Origin: Octopus bimaculoides
Taxonomy: Eukaryota
DNA length: 63,109 nt
Direction: 5' to 3'
NCBI RefSeq assembly: GCF_001194135.2
Contig: NC_068981.1
Coordinates: 37,242,804 to 37,305,912 of the forward strand
Shown: positions 12,467 to 23,980 of the stretch, one piece after another
Layout of the letters: each line of letters starts with the position of its first letter
Position numbering within the stretch: the first letter of the stretch is position 1
Program-made: the position numbers and the translations under genes
The notes under the pieces: generated by a model
The model's input: the letters and a program-made list of their open reading frames with translations, nothing else
Databases searched by the model: none
What the model was told of the DNA's origin: nothing

Positions 12467-13985
12467 CTAGCTGACGTACTCGGTAATTCCCAGGAAAGCA
12501 GGGATTATCCCTTGATTCATTATCATCATGATCATCATCATGATCATCATCATCATTATCATCATCATCATAATCATCTTCGTTTAACATCCGTTTTCCA
12601 TGCTCGCATAGGTTGGACTGTTCGACTGGAGTTTGGGAAGCCAGGTGGCTGCACCAGGCTCCAATCTAATCTGGCAGTGTTCCTACAGCTGGATGCCCTT
12701 CCTATTGCCAACCACTCCGAGAGTGTACTGGGTGCTTTTTACATGCTACCAGCACAGAGGTCAGAGGTAGCTGATATCAACTATGTTTGGATGGTGTTTT
12801 TACATGCCACTGGCACAGGAGCCAGAGGGGGCTGCCATCGACCATGTTTGGATGGTACTTTTACATGCCACCGGCACAGGGGCTGGAGGGGGCTGGCATT
12901 GATCACATTTGGATGGTTCTTTTATGTGCCACCTGCACGGGGAGCCAGACAGGTGGCACTGGCATCAACCACAACTACAATTTCTATTTGATTGTGGTTT
13001 GATTTGAATTTGATGTTGATGTACTTGACTCAATAGGTTTCCTGAAGCACGGCATGTTGCCCTACAATCCAAAGGTACTTTTTGAGTGGGCTGGTTACAT
13101 GACACTGGCGTAGGCTACAGCTGTGATCTCACTTTATTTGCCGGGTCTTCCCCTGTTCTCATAATTGTTTCACTAATCCAATAACAACAATACAAAGCAT
13201 GTAGCCCTTAAAACTGTTTTTGTGTATTTAGAGAGAATACCGAACTGTCTTACACAGGATCTTTTATTTAGGAATTCCCAATAAGTTATGAATACCCAAA
13301 TTGTGAAGTAAGTTATCTAATAACGTGAAATTAGTTACCTGATAGTAAGAATTCAAATAAAGTAGCCCCAAAAAGGGCTTTAATGCATTCCCAGAGTATA
13401 TAGAACATAGGAGGAAATACTAATAACTATGTATACTAAAATCATGAAGCATGTTATGTAATAACAGGCTAATCAAATATAAGATAATTGCAATTCAAAG
13501 TAAATAACGCTTTTGTGCGTTCCCAGAAAATATTACCCTCAGGGGCGCTAGTGTTGGTATATTCGTGAATACGTCACTAACCGAAATAAGTGGGTCTATT
13601 GTTTAGGAAAATATTATTTACTTGTTAAGGGTTGTACTGGATAAAGTGCGAAAATGACTAACAGTTCAAATACTAAGAAATAAGCATTCTCAATTTCTTT
13701 TTTAACAAATAATTTAGGAAAATGAATGGGTTATTTCCCTTGGCTATATATAAGGATCCCTTCCAGGGGCGAATGGGTTATTTACCTTGGTTTTTAAAAT
13801 AAAATATATTAGATATATATAAGGATCCCTTCCAGGGTCCCAATTATCGATGCCATGAAACTTCCAGACATGAGTTCTACTCACGTGTCGAGTTTCCTCA
13901 AAATTGATAAAACGATGTAGGAGGAATTAGCTAACAACTCCACAAACACACCCACAAACAGAATTTCCCACATATATGTAGTAGA
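12467..13985 (-). mobile_element. Non-autonomous Helitron carrying a nested RTE-derived insertion
   Basis: Minus-strand 5' end TCTACTACATATAT. The 3' end CCTGGGAATTACCGAGTACGTCAGCTAG|T has a degenerate subterminal hairpin and a CTAG terminus. Confidence 0.65.
12515..13150 (-). mobile_element. Non-autonomous RTE-derived element with ~60-bp internal minisatellite
   Basis: Head GTAACCAGCCCACT...GTACCTTT shared with the 27320 copy, about 4 units of TTTTACATGCCACCGGCACAGG..., and the (GAT)n-ending tail. The 185-aa ORF 12434-12991 is an artefact of this element. Confidence 0.75.
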
Positions 13986-14956
13986 CATGTATATATGGAT
14001 AGCAGACAGTTATATGCAAGTGTACTGTATAGTTATTGACAAATTTGTTAACAGAAAAGCTAGTTTACTATATTACAAAGAATGATAAATACCAAGATTT
14101 ATAAGACACCAGAATTGAAAGACTATTAGTAAACCAAAATATCAAAATGACAGAACAAATATATAAAGTGTCATAGGTGAATCCCAGGAAGGGTCAGTTG
14201 GTATTCATTATGCAACTGAAGTTATGGTTTTGACTAAAATTGTCTTCATTAAAAACTTTATAGATAATCAACTTCCTTTATAAAATTCAACAAAATTTTA
14301 GATTAATTACTTGAAATTTCATTTCTGTTGTTGTGCCAAAATGTGGAATAACCAGTTATATTCAAATCTTCAAGATATATTGAATACAGATTTGCCATTT
14401 CAGTGTCTGATTTGAAACTTTTGATCATCTTAAACTATTTAGAATAAGATGGTTTTGTCATGTAATTTCCATTATTTAGAAATTTGCCTTAGGTTGCAAT
14501 ATTTAATAAGCTTATAAGACAGTTAAATATAAAAGTTTGTTTAATTAAACAACCTTGCGGATATTATGAACAAACCAATCTGTTGTTTTTGTTGTGATGG
14601 CAATAAGAGATGTTGGTGAAGTTGTTATTGTTGCTTTGGTTGATAGTGCTGCTTCAGTTTGTCTGGACTTCATGTTCACTGTCTCCTTCATCCTAACCTT
14701 TCATTTCTCTGGCCACTGTTAATCGACCGGTCATCAGCTTGCAGCATTGCTCGTCCAGTTTTCATCTCTCATTCCATTTTATCTGTCCATACATTGACAA
14801 CCAACTTAAGGTAAATGGTACATAATTAATTTCTTGGAGGCTATCTTAATCAATTTTACAGACTTATGTCACATAACTCAAAATAAGATTATCCTATTGT
14901 TGTATTAAAGTATTAAGGGGCCACTTTCTCCTAAGAAACTATAAACATGTGTTTGT

Positions 14957-15317
14957 NNNNNNNNNNNNNNNNNNNNNNNNNNNNNNNNNNNNNNNNNNNN
15001 NNNNNNNNNNNNNNNNNNNNNNNNNNNNNNNNNNNNNNNNNNNNNNNNNNNNNNTATATATATATATATATATACATACAGGTATATATATGCATATATG
15101 TATGTATATATGTATGTATGTGGATGTACGTGTGAGTGTGTACACACACACATACATACACATATGCATATGTATATATACATATTTGTCTGTCTGTCTG
15201 TCTTTCTATCCCTCTATACATACATACATGCATGCATACATACATACATACATACATACACACATTACATACATACATACATACATACCTGCATACATAC
15301 GTGCATACATACATACA

Positions 15318-15347
<30 letters not shown>
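14957..15347. repeat. Gap (N 14957-15054) plus (TA)/(TACA)n microsatellites
   Basis: Seen directly. Confidence 0.95.
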
Positions 15348-15349
<2 letters not shown>

Positions 15350-15639
15350 AACTGGGATTATATAAGAGAAATTGACCAGCTAATTCGTACATTACAAGTA
15401 CAATCTGTGAATGGAACAGTACAAATATGCAAGATTTTTCTCAAGTTTCAAATGTGAATTTGTCTGTGTTGACTACATCCCATAGATGGAGTCTTGTATC
15501 TCTGTTGGAAACCGGCTCTCTCCTCAGTGGAAGATTTATAATAATTAAAAAAATAGAAGTGACATACATATACACACAATCATATATATTAAGAGGAAGG
15601 GGATATCTCATATATAAATGAAAGCAAACAATAGGATAA

Positions 15640-16790
15640 CATGACTCAATGGAAACATGAGCCCTAAATTAATAGAACTAAATGTAGAACCTACTGAGGA
15701 AGGACTTTTGAAAGCTTTACATAAACTATTCAGCATTTCAACAGCCAAGCAGGCAGCGACAATATCTTGGGTGAACTTCTCAAGTGGCCATAGTGAGAAT
15801 GCTTTACTCTGATACCACTTACCCTTCTGTCAACCATGAACCATTTCACTCGTTTTGCTTAATCTCTACAAGCATTTCACCCTTTGCTGGAGACAGGAAA
15901 CCATCCAATGTAAAATGACAAATGCTAATATCGTATTAATACAAGAACAAATGAGACAGGAGTATCAGCATTAATTATAAAGGCGTTTATTTAACAAAAG
16001 AAAATTATAAGTCAGTATTATTTTTATGCAACTATGAAATTTGGTAGAAAAAAAACTATTTGAAATAAAACGGGTTCAGGTTTGATTAATGTACTACTGA
16101 CATAGTATTCTTATTGTGTCTGCTTCAATAAGAGTGTCATGAAAAGAGGAAGGACATTTATACTCCCTTTATCGCTCTAACTGAAGTTTTTGCTCCAGTC
16201 AGTATGCCATGACTTTCTAAAGTATTAAATAATGTGAGATGCTTTCCAGGATTACTCATGGTAGTTATCTTCTTCCATGATGATGTGAAAGTCACTGTAC
16301 AGTTTGATGGCCCAACTCCAGACAGTTTTGATACTAAGAGTGGAATCATGCAGGGTTGCACACTTGCCTTAGCTCTTTTTGCTGCAGTATGAATCCAAAG
16401 AAACCTCTGTTGATATTTCCTCCACTGAAGAACAGATGAATTCTTATTGAACATAGTATGGTTGAATAACAAAACCAAGGTATCAAAATCCATAATTCAA
16501 CAAACTTGCAATTTGCTGACAATCTTTCCTTGGCAGGCAAAGTCATTTCACTAAAATTCAGCACAAAGAAAGCAATTACCTTATCACAAGAACGCTGTAC
16601 TCCTGTTTACATCATCTTGGATTGATGCCAGTTAGCAAAAGTTGATAATTTTTTTGTTTAGGCTCTTCTGTGTCATCACTTATCTTTAGACAAAGAAATT
16701 GATATTAGAATAGCCAAGGTAGGCACAACATTTGGAAACCTTACAAAAAGAAAGTGAAAGAACAAAATGCTCAATCAGAATCTATGAAAC
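15640..16790 (+). pseudogene. RTE (BovB-like) LINE reverse transcriptase remnant
   Basis: IELNVEPTEEGLLKALHKL...NANIVLI...FFHDDVKVTVQFDGPTPDSFDTKSGIMQGCTLALALF...QFADN...SLDKEIDIRIAKVGTTFGNLTKR. Degenerate QGCxLAP and FADD motifs with many stops. Confidence 0.8.
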
Positions 16791-17039
16791 ATGCATCCTC
16801 AGCATATTGAATTGCTGAATAGTTCTGAACTACAGACTGTTTTATACATATATACATTAATATATGCATACATATACATATATATGTACATAAAAACACA
16901 CACACACACACACACACACGTAAATTCTTCTCAGTATCTTTTTTGTTGTATGCATCATAAAAATCATGGACACATTCAATCCACTGCTTATTTTACATGC
17001 TTCTGATTTCAATCTGAATTTTTGGCTTAACAGTTTTAT

Positions 17040-18250
17040 ATTGGACCAATAAATTTTTACTTTGGTGCTGGTGTTTAGATCAATGACTTTGGAAGATTAA
17101 TAAATCATGTATATACTTAGTATTCTCAAATCTGTTATTGTTTTTAAGCTTGATAAGCTCCATTACTTCAGTAAACCTGAGTTTTGGAACATCCCTGTTA
17201 ATAGTACTCTTGATTAAAGGTTACTACAAAATGGCATGTACCTTGTTTGATAGAGTATTCCTTCAACTTTATAATATCAAATCTTTTAAGCAATGGAAAT
17301 TCTACTTTCTAATTACTGCCTCTCTTTACAAGGAAAATAAGCTTTGTATATACCTATTGCTATCAAACCAGTCCTTGAACCTTAATTTTGAAGACATTCT
17401 AATGAATAGGATCCTTAAAAAAAAATTAAGCTTGCTCTTATTGTCACCTGACAGAAATTTCCTTTGATTTTGCCTGATCAAGCATATTCAAGCATTGAAA
17501 ATTCGGCTGTGCCTCTTAAAATCAGGACATCCCTCACACTATTCAAATCATTTTAGTTAGAGTGAAATCAATCATATGCCATTTATTGGAATCTAGGTGC
17601 ATTCAAGTTACTTTGAAAATCTGCCTATGTTCAAAGGCTGTATTATAAATAGGGAAATTCTATTCTGTGTACATTTGTAGCATAAGTAAACCATTGGAGT
17701 GTAACAGATTATTTCATCCTACATCCTAAACTGTTCAATATTCTAAAATTTTCGCCAACTTATACTTTGAAGTCCTCACTAAATATTACTTATACTAGAA
17801 TTCTTTCAAGTAGTACCTTTTAATTGCTCATAAAAACACATTCTTGTAGTTATCAGAACCATTCATTGTTGGTGCATAAGCATTGATAAGCGTCACTGAG
17901 TGACTGCAGGAAAGAAACATAGACATTAGTTTATATTTAAACTGGTAGTTCAGAAAATTTGGTGCTAATTGTTATATAGTATATAGACCCACGCCAGCAT
18001 AACAACTCTCATTATACATTTTGTACTTTGCCAATTTCATAGACAATAAACAAGTATTTCTTTTGATAGGTTTCTAATTATAACACAAAATCCTTACAAA
18101 CCAACAATCAACCAGATATATGTCTTTTGACTGTTGCTTGATGCTGATCTTGACAAGAAGCTACTTCACAATTATTGAAGAACACAAGCTATGACAACTC
18201 GGTATGACAACTATCATACCTAGTTGTCATACAACATGCTTATTTGTTAT
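17040..18250 (-). pseudogene. RTE LINE apurinic-endonuclease remnant
   Basis: Minus-strand fragments TLINAYAPTMNG, EDFKV*VGEN, TWMHLDSNKWHMIDF and NSVRDVLILRG match the RTE APE domain. Confidence 0.65.
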
Positions 18251-18400
18251 CTCATGTATTTCCATGTACCACCACACTATTGAGAAATAGACGTTCTCCT
18301 TATGCTGGGGTCATTTGTCCATTTGATAGCCTTGGTTTAGTCCTGGGTTTCTAGCAGCCATCCTCAGCAAGATAACTGGTTTAGTTTATATATACATAAA

Positions 18401-18556
18401 GGCAAAGGTGTGACTGTATAGTAGCAAACTTGCTTCCCAACCACCTGGTCTAGATTCAGTCCTACTGTGTGACACCTTGGGCAAGTGTCTTATACACAAG
18501 GGCCAGTCAAAACCTTGTGCATGGATTTAGTAGATGGAAACTGAAAGAAGTACATT
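18401..18556 (+). mobile_element. CORE-type SINE (family B)
   Basis: tRNA-like head followed by TGTGTGACACCTTGGGCAAGTGTCTT (CORE-like) and GGATTTAGTAGATGGAAACTGAAAGAAG, then (TG)/(TA)n. Confidence 0.75.
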
Positions 18557-18569
18557 ATGTGTGTGTATT

Positions 18570-18606
<37 letters not shown>

Positions 18607-18609
18607 CTT

Positions 18610-18812
18610 TATCATTTATCTTTTACATGTTTCAGGCATTAAGCTGCAGCCATGCTGTGGCACCACATTGGATCTTTAGTCAAACGAATTAACCCCTCTA
18701 AATCTTTGTTTAAACCTGGTACTTATTCTATTGACCTCTTTTGCTGAACAGTTATGTTACAATGATGCAACACCGGTTTTCAAGTGGTGGTGGGACAAAT
18801 ACAAAGACACAC
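18610..18812. mobile_element. Unclassified SINE-associated interspersed repeat
   Basis: TTTTACATGTTTCAGGCATTAAGCTGCAGCCATGCTG...CCTGGTACTTATTCTATTG. It contains a reversed CTGGTACTTAT motif like the family A core. Family recalled from similar genomes, not verified. Confidence 0.45.
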
Positions 18813-18821
18813 TTAATATAT

Positions 18822-19792
18822 NNNNNNNNNNNNNNNNNNNNNNNNNNNNNNNNNNNNNNNNNNNNNNNNNNNNNNNNNNNNNNNNNNNNNNNNNNNNNNN
18901 NNNNNNNNNNNNNNNNNNNNNNNNNNNNNNNNNNNNNNNNNNNNNNNNNNNNNNNNNNNNNNNNNNNNNNNNNNNNNNNNNNNNNNNNNNNNNNNNNNNN
19001 NNNNNNNNNNNNNNNNNNNNNNNNNNNNNNNNNNNNNNNNNNNNNNNNNNNNNNNNNNNNNNNNNNNNNNNNNNNNNNNNNNNNNNNNNNNNNNNNNNNN
19101 NNNNNNNNNNNNNNNNNNNNNNNNNNNNNNNNNNNNNNNNNNNNNNNNNNNNNNNNNNNNNNNNNNNNNNNNNNNNNNNNNNNNNNNNNNNNNNNNNNNN
19201 NNNNNNNNNNNNNNNNNNNNNNNNNNNNNNNNNNNNNNNNNNNNNNNNNNNNNNNNNNNNNNNNNNNNNNNNNNNNNNNNNNNNNNNNNNNNNNNNNNNN
19301 NNNNNNNNNNNNNNNNNNNNNNNNNNNNNNNNNNNNNNNNNNNNNNNNNNNNNNNNNNNNNNNNNNNNNNNNNNNNNNNNNNNNNNNNNNNNNNNNNNNN
19401 NNNNNNNNNNNNNNNNNNNNNNNNNNNNNNNNNNNNNNNNNNNNNNNNNNNNNNNNNNNNNNNNNNNNNNNNNNNNNNNNNNNNNNNNNNNNNNNNNNNN
19501 NNNNNNNNNNNNNNNNNNNNNNNNNNNNNNNNNNNNNNNNNNNNNNNNNNNNNNNNNNNNNNNNNNNNNNNNNNNNNNNNNNNNNNNNNNNNNNNNNNNN
19601 NNNNNNNNNNNNNNNNNNNNNNNNNNNNNNNNNNNNNNNNNNNNNNNNNNNNNNNNNNNNNNNNNNNNNNNNNNNNNNNNNNNNNNNNNNNNNNNNNNNN
19701 NNNNNNNNNNNNNNNNNNNNNNNNNNNNNNNNNNNNNNNNNNNNNNNNNNNNNNNNNNNNNNNNNNNNNNNNNNNNNNNNNNNNNNNNNNNN
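18822..19792. other. Assembly gap (971 N)
   Basis: Seen directly. ORFs 18731-20003 in the track are gap artefacts. Confidence 1.
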
Positions 19793-20098
19793 AAGAAGAT
19801 ATAAGGTTTGCCAGGTTTTTGTCTCTCTCACCAAGGTCATCAGCTGTCGAACGCCGACGAAGGGAAATAACCCTGAAATCCGGATACGTTCGTGCTGCTG
19901 GTCGAGGTGAGAGGGATAACTCCCTTGGCAAACAGGACACAGTCGTGTGTCGATAAGCCAGCTGGAGGAGATGTCCTCCTGGGGCTAAAAGCAACAGTAA
20001 CATCCACCCCTAGGGGTCAGCCACACTTAAGTGGCAATATACTACACTTTATCGTGCAGTTACTGTTAATACTTCATTTAGAGAATTAACATTGCTTA
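19793..20098 (+). mobile_element. Highly structured hammerhead-bearing element (Penelope pLTR- or retrozyme-like)
   Basis: GC-rich island with nested long-range helices and at least five local hairpins or palindromes. The 5' end is lost in the gap. Confidence 0.5.
19848..19892 (+). ncRNA. Type I hammerhead ribozyme motif (minimal, palindromic stem III)
   Basis: Stem I CGAACG/CGTTCG, core CCGACGA (U4 to C relative to CUGANGA), stem II AGGG-AAATAA-CCCT, GAAA, palindromic ATCCGGAT, predicted cleavage after AUA at 19886. Confidence 0.75.
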
Positions 20099-20823
20099 TA
20101 TATATATATATATATATATATCTTATATATAAAATAGACCTCTGTGTATGTGTGTTTGCTTTTCATGCAAAAATGGTTGCACAAATTGGTTCCCTACTTG
20201 AGGTGCATGAATAATTTGACCTGCAATACAATATGGTCTTAATTTATTTCTATTTAAAAATGAATAATATTGCTTTATATAAGATTAACTTCTTTAAAAA
20301 GGATTTTCAATTTGAACTTCCAGTACTGATGTAACAACTGCAGCTAGCTAGACATGTATGTCTGACATAGCAAATGTGCCTAACTACACACATGCACATG
20401 TATGTATACAATATGCCGTTGATGAATATTTATATTTTAACTGGTTCTATTTCATTTCAGTCACATTGTTTTTTGGGTTCCTGGGGAAATACATGAACGT
20501 CACAGCTTCCTATATATTTTTAGCTTGAAAATCTTACTCCTCACGTTCCTAATAGAAACACTTTGTGTGTGTTGGAACAACGTTTTTTGTCTTTTTTCTA
20601 AGGGCTTCTGCTGCCTTTCTTCTAAAGATTTCTGTTGTCTGTCTTCTAAGGATTACTGTTGTCTTCTAAGGAATACTGTTACTAATCTCTCTCTCTCTCT
20701 GTCTATCTAAATCTATATCTATCCATCTCTCTATCTATATCTATCTATCAATCCAATCTATGTAGCTCTATCTATCTATCTATCTATCTATCTGCCTGCT
20801 TGCCTTCCTGCCTGCCTACCTAC

Positions 20824-20855
<32 letters not shown>

Positions 20856-21434
20856 TTCATGCAAAAACAACTGCATGAATTAGTACCATACTTGGAGTGC
20901 AGGAATAATTTGATCTCAGATGCAACAATATAGTCCTGATTTATATTTTTATTGAAAAATAAATAATATTGCTTTATATGTATATGATTCACTTCTTTAC
21001 TAAATGTACTTTCTCTCACTCCCCTTCCTTATTCACTCTCTCTCTCTCACTCTTCTTCCTTATTCACTCCCCTCTCCTCCTTCCTCTCTCTATCAATAAC
21101 TCAACTTATTTCGATTTTATAAATACCTATTTTTAATATTTGGGAGGCATGTTCCTTATCTAACTTCTCACTGTACTTCCTCTCTTTCTGCCTCTTGCTC
21201 TATCTGTCTCTCTTTATTCTGTCAACCATTCTATCTAGTGTTTACTATTGTAACGATTTCTGATACCAAAAAAAATATTACAGCTACTTTTATTGTTTAC
21301 AATCTTCTGTACCAGTGTATTTGTGTATCCATAAATAACCTTGCTTAGAAGGAAGGTGTCAAAGTTGTCTCCAGTATCAAGGTCAGCCAAAAGAATGTCT
21401 CTGTCGAGGGAAAGAGAGACAGTTGAAAAAGGGA

Positions 21435-22033
21435 AGTATGCCAAGAAAGAAACAGACTGTGCACTACAACAGCCAGAGCATCTGAGAATGATGAGACAAT
21501 AGTTGTGCATAAAAAAACCAGTTGCATACTGGTACTGCCTGAGCATCTCAAAGTGCTGAACAGAGGTATGCATGCAAGACAAGGAACAGAATCTCAACTT
21601 CAGAAGAAAGAGCAGTTACAACAGCTCAGAGAAGCAACTTCTATGAAGCAGCTTTCAACTATGATCCAGCAGTTAATTATGCAGGTGACACTAAAATTTC
21701 CATTGGTGCAATGACAACTGAGTACATACACTATAAAACAAGGAAGTGGTCTGGAGAGACACCTGTGCTGTGCTGCTGCAGTGGAAAGGTTAAACTCCTT
21801 GCAGTTCCCCAACCTCCAGAGCTACTGAAGAAATTGTTGTCATCAACTGACCAAGATTCTAAGCACTTCCAGAACGAAATTCAACAATACAAGGCTGCAC
21901 TACAGATGACATCATTTGGAGCCACAAGACAAATAACTGAGCCAGGATTCATGCAAACTTTCAAGATCCAAGGGCAGATTTATCATCAGATTGGCTCTCT
22001 ACTATCTCTGTCAAATGAGTCACCAAAATTCCT
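21435..22033 (+). pseudogene. Helitron RepHel N-terminal region (Zn-finger-like part upstream of Rep)
   Basis: AFNYDPAVNYAGDTKISIGAMTTEYIHYKTRKWSGETPVLCCCSGKVKL...YKAALQMTSFGA...TFKIQGQIYHQIGSLLSLSNESPKFL, the canonical Helitron N-terminal motifs. Confidence 0.85.
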
Positions 22034-22053
22034 GAACCAGAAGAAACTAATAC

Positions 22054-22227
22054 AAAGCACAAGGTCAATCTCTAAAGGTGGTGGGACCTAACCTCCTTCA
22101 ACCATGCTCCTCACATGGTCAGCTGTATGTTGGATGTTCTAGAGTTGGAGATGAAAAGAAACTCTACATTCTCAGTGATAAACATGGCAAGATAGAAAGC
22201 AGAGTATATGAAGAAGCACTTACATGA
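22054..22227 (+). pseudogene. Helitron PIF1-like helicase C-terminus (motifs V-VI)
   Basis: KAQGQSLKVVGPNLLQPCSSHGQLYVGCSRVG...RVYEEALT*. Out of frame with the upstream piece. Confidence 0.85.
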
Positions 22228-22669
22228 ATAATATGTGCATAAGTGTAAAGCCATTGAGTATTAAAAGTAAATATTACTTTTTGAGAAATACACAATCTTA
22301 CACTACAAGCAAACAGTACTGTGTTAAGGCTATGAGTTTATAACCCAAGTGAAACCAGGTATTTCTGTTTGTATATATATAAATAAAAACCCAAATTTAG
22401 GGAATGGAGTAGGTAAAATCAAGGCTACATATGTTCCCTAGCTAGAAAGACCCCAGAAATAGTAATTACACAATGAGGGGTACTCCACAAGCTACTCACC
22501 AAGCCAATGATGCCTTATTTAAATGAAGGTTACATTGTTGTCAAGGGATCCCATGTTAACTTGTAGATTTGATTGAAAATGTGTGTTTTTTATACATTTT
22601 ATGGACTTCCTGAAGCTTACTAACTTCCTGCACCTGGATCCTTGGATCCTACCTTTATATATAATATAT

Positions 22670-22765
22670 ATGATGATGTTGATGATGATGAGGATGATGA
22701 TGTTGATGATGATGAGGATGATGATGTTGATGATGATGAGGATGATGATGATGATGATGATGATG
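22670..22765. repeat. (GAT)n microsatellite with 24-bp higher-order unit
   Basis: GATGATGTTGATGATGATGAGGAT x3, then pure GAT. Confidence 0.9.
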
Positions 22766-22965
22766 GTCCACAACCCAAAATTTTGTGTTAAACATGCTAA
22801 ACCTTAGTAACCAAAGCTAAAGCTCCATGGTTATCCACCAGATTATTTAGTTTTTTTCTAAATCCATTGACCTTTGCAGTGACATCTGCACTCTGTAAAG
22901 GTCTTCAAACATTATATGCCCTTCCAAGGGGAGTGAGTCCCTCTTTCAAACCCTAGCTGTCATTA

Positions 22966-23170
22966 TGGGTTGGCAGAATCAGTTAAGAATCAGATAAAAT
23001 GCCTTAGAGTGTACAGTTACTATCTTCTGAGTTCAAATCCTGTCATAGTCATTTTTGTCTTTCTCTTTTTGGTTAGATAATATAAAGTACAAATCAAGAA
23101 CTGAGATTGATATAATTAACTATTCTCTCTTTCAAAATGTCCAGCCTTATGTCTATGTTAGAAATTATTG
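22966..23170 (+). mobile_element. SINE family A, old
   Basis: GGTTGGCAGAATCAGTTAAG...CTGAGTTCAAATCC...CAGCCTTATGTCTATGTTAGAAATTATT. Confidence 0.6.
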
Positions 23171-23252
23171 TTAATTATCAACCATAAAATTGTATGCTTT
23201 GAAGTATAAAAGAAGTGAAATTACTCAAGCAGGAAATAAATCTGTGTTGCAG

Positions 23253-23344
23253 ACTCATCTAGCTGGGAGCTCTTACCTGTATGTTATTCAGAAAACACTT
23301 TCGCAATCCTTTTCAAATCATATTTCTTCTTTGGTTAATAATCC
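23253..23344 (+). CDS. Candidate internal exon (phase 0 to 2)
   Basis: Acceptor TCTGTGTTGCAG, donor GTAAAT, open frame THLAGSSYLYVIQKTLSQSFSNHISSLVNN. Phase-compatible with 28961-28999. Confidence 0.2.
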
Positions 23345-23849
23345 GTAAATTTAACAATGTCATAACTGTTCACTAATCCTATTGGCCTTGAAGCTATTTG
23401 TTTTATAATGGGCTTGATGTTTCTTTGAAAACATGAACAATTCCATTAATATTTTATAAGGAATAATGTATTTATTTCAAGAAAATCACCTATCAGACAG
23501 GAAGTTAATTCAAAATAATGCCATTCTTTTTACACAATTTAAATTAATCACTCTGAATTGTTTGCATGAAAACAGCTTAATTTTGCTTGTACTTTTTTGT
23601 TTTGAATTTTTTTCTTCTTTTCAAAAATTTCTTCATTTGTTTTAATTGCTTTGAGGGTTAATTATGCATTCACATGTAAAGATACAAACAAGCATGAAAA
23701 TGAAATTGAGAAAAGAGAAAAATAAACTATAAACTTGTATTAGTATTGTTATTTTTGGATGCAATAGTAAAATTAGATTTCATTAGAAGATTGAATTATG
23801 AAGATTATGTTTGTAGTAATAATGATTTCTAACATAGGCATAATTTTAG

Positions 23850-23980
23850 GTGTGGTGGAGTTGACTTTTATTGATCCCCAATACTTGACTGGTATTTTAT
23901 TTTATTGAACAAGAAAAGATGAAAGGTGGAGTTAATTCTGGTGGAATATTAAGTTAGAATACTACAAGACATTTTGTCTT
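23850..23980 (-). mobile_element. SINE family A fragment, old
   Basis: GACTGGTATTTTATTTTATTG...GATGAAAGGTGGAGTT, the reversed core. Confidence 0.55.

Larger units (their letters stand above)
20121..22372 (+). mobile_element. Internally deleted Helitron
   Basis: 5' end A|TCTTATATATAAAA. The 3' end CCCAAGTGAAACCAGGTATTTCTGTTTG|T is a decayed CCCGG/CCGGG hairpin and CTAG. Contains Rep/Hel N- and C-terminal coding pieces. Confidence 0.75.

Noticed and set aside
12730-12975. CRISPR-like look of ~60-bp repeats (also 27443-27710)
   Set aside because: Whole units are alignable (tandem minisatellite, no unique spacers), they lie inside a dispersed retroelement, there are no cas genes, and the context is eukaryotic.
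12434-12991. 185-aa His-rich ORF
   Set aside because: It is a read-through of the (CAT)n tail and minisatellite of a non-autonomous repeat, with no protein motif.
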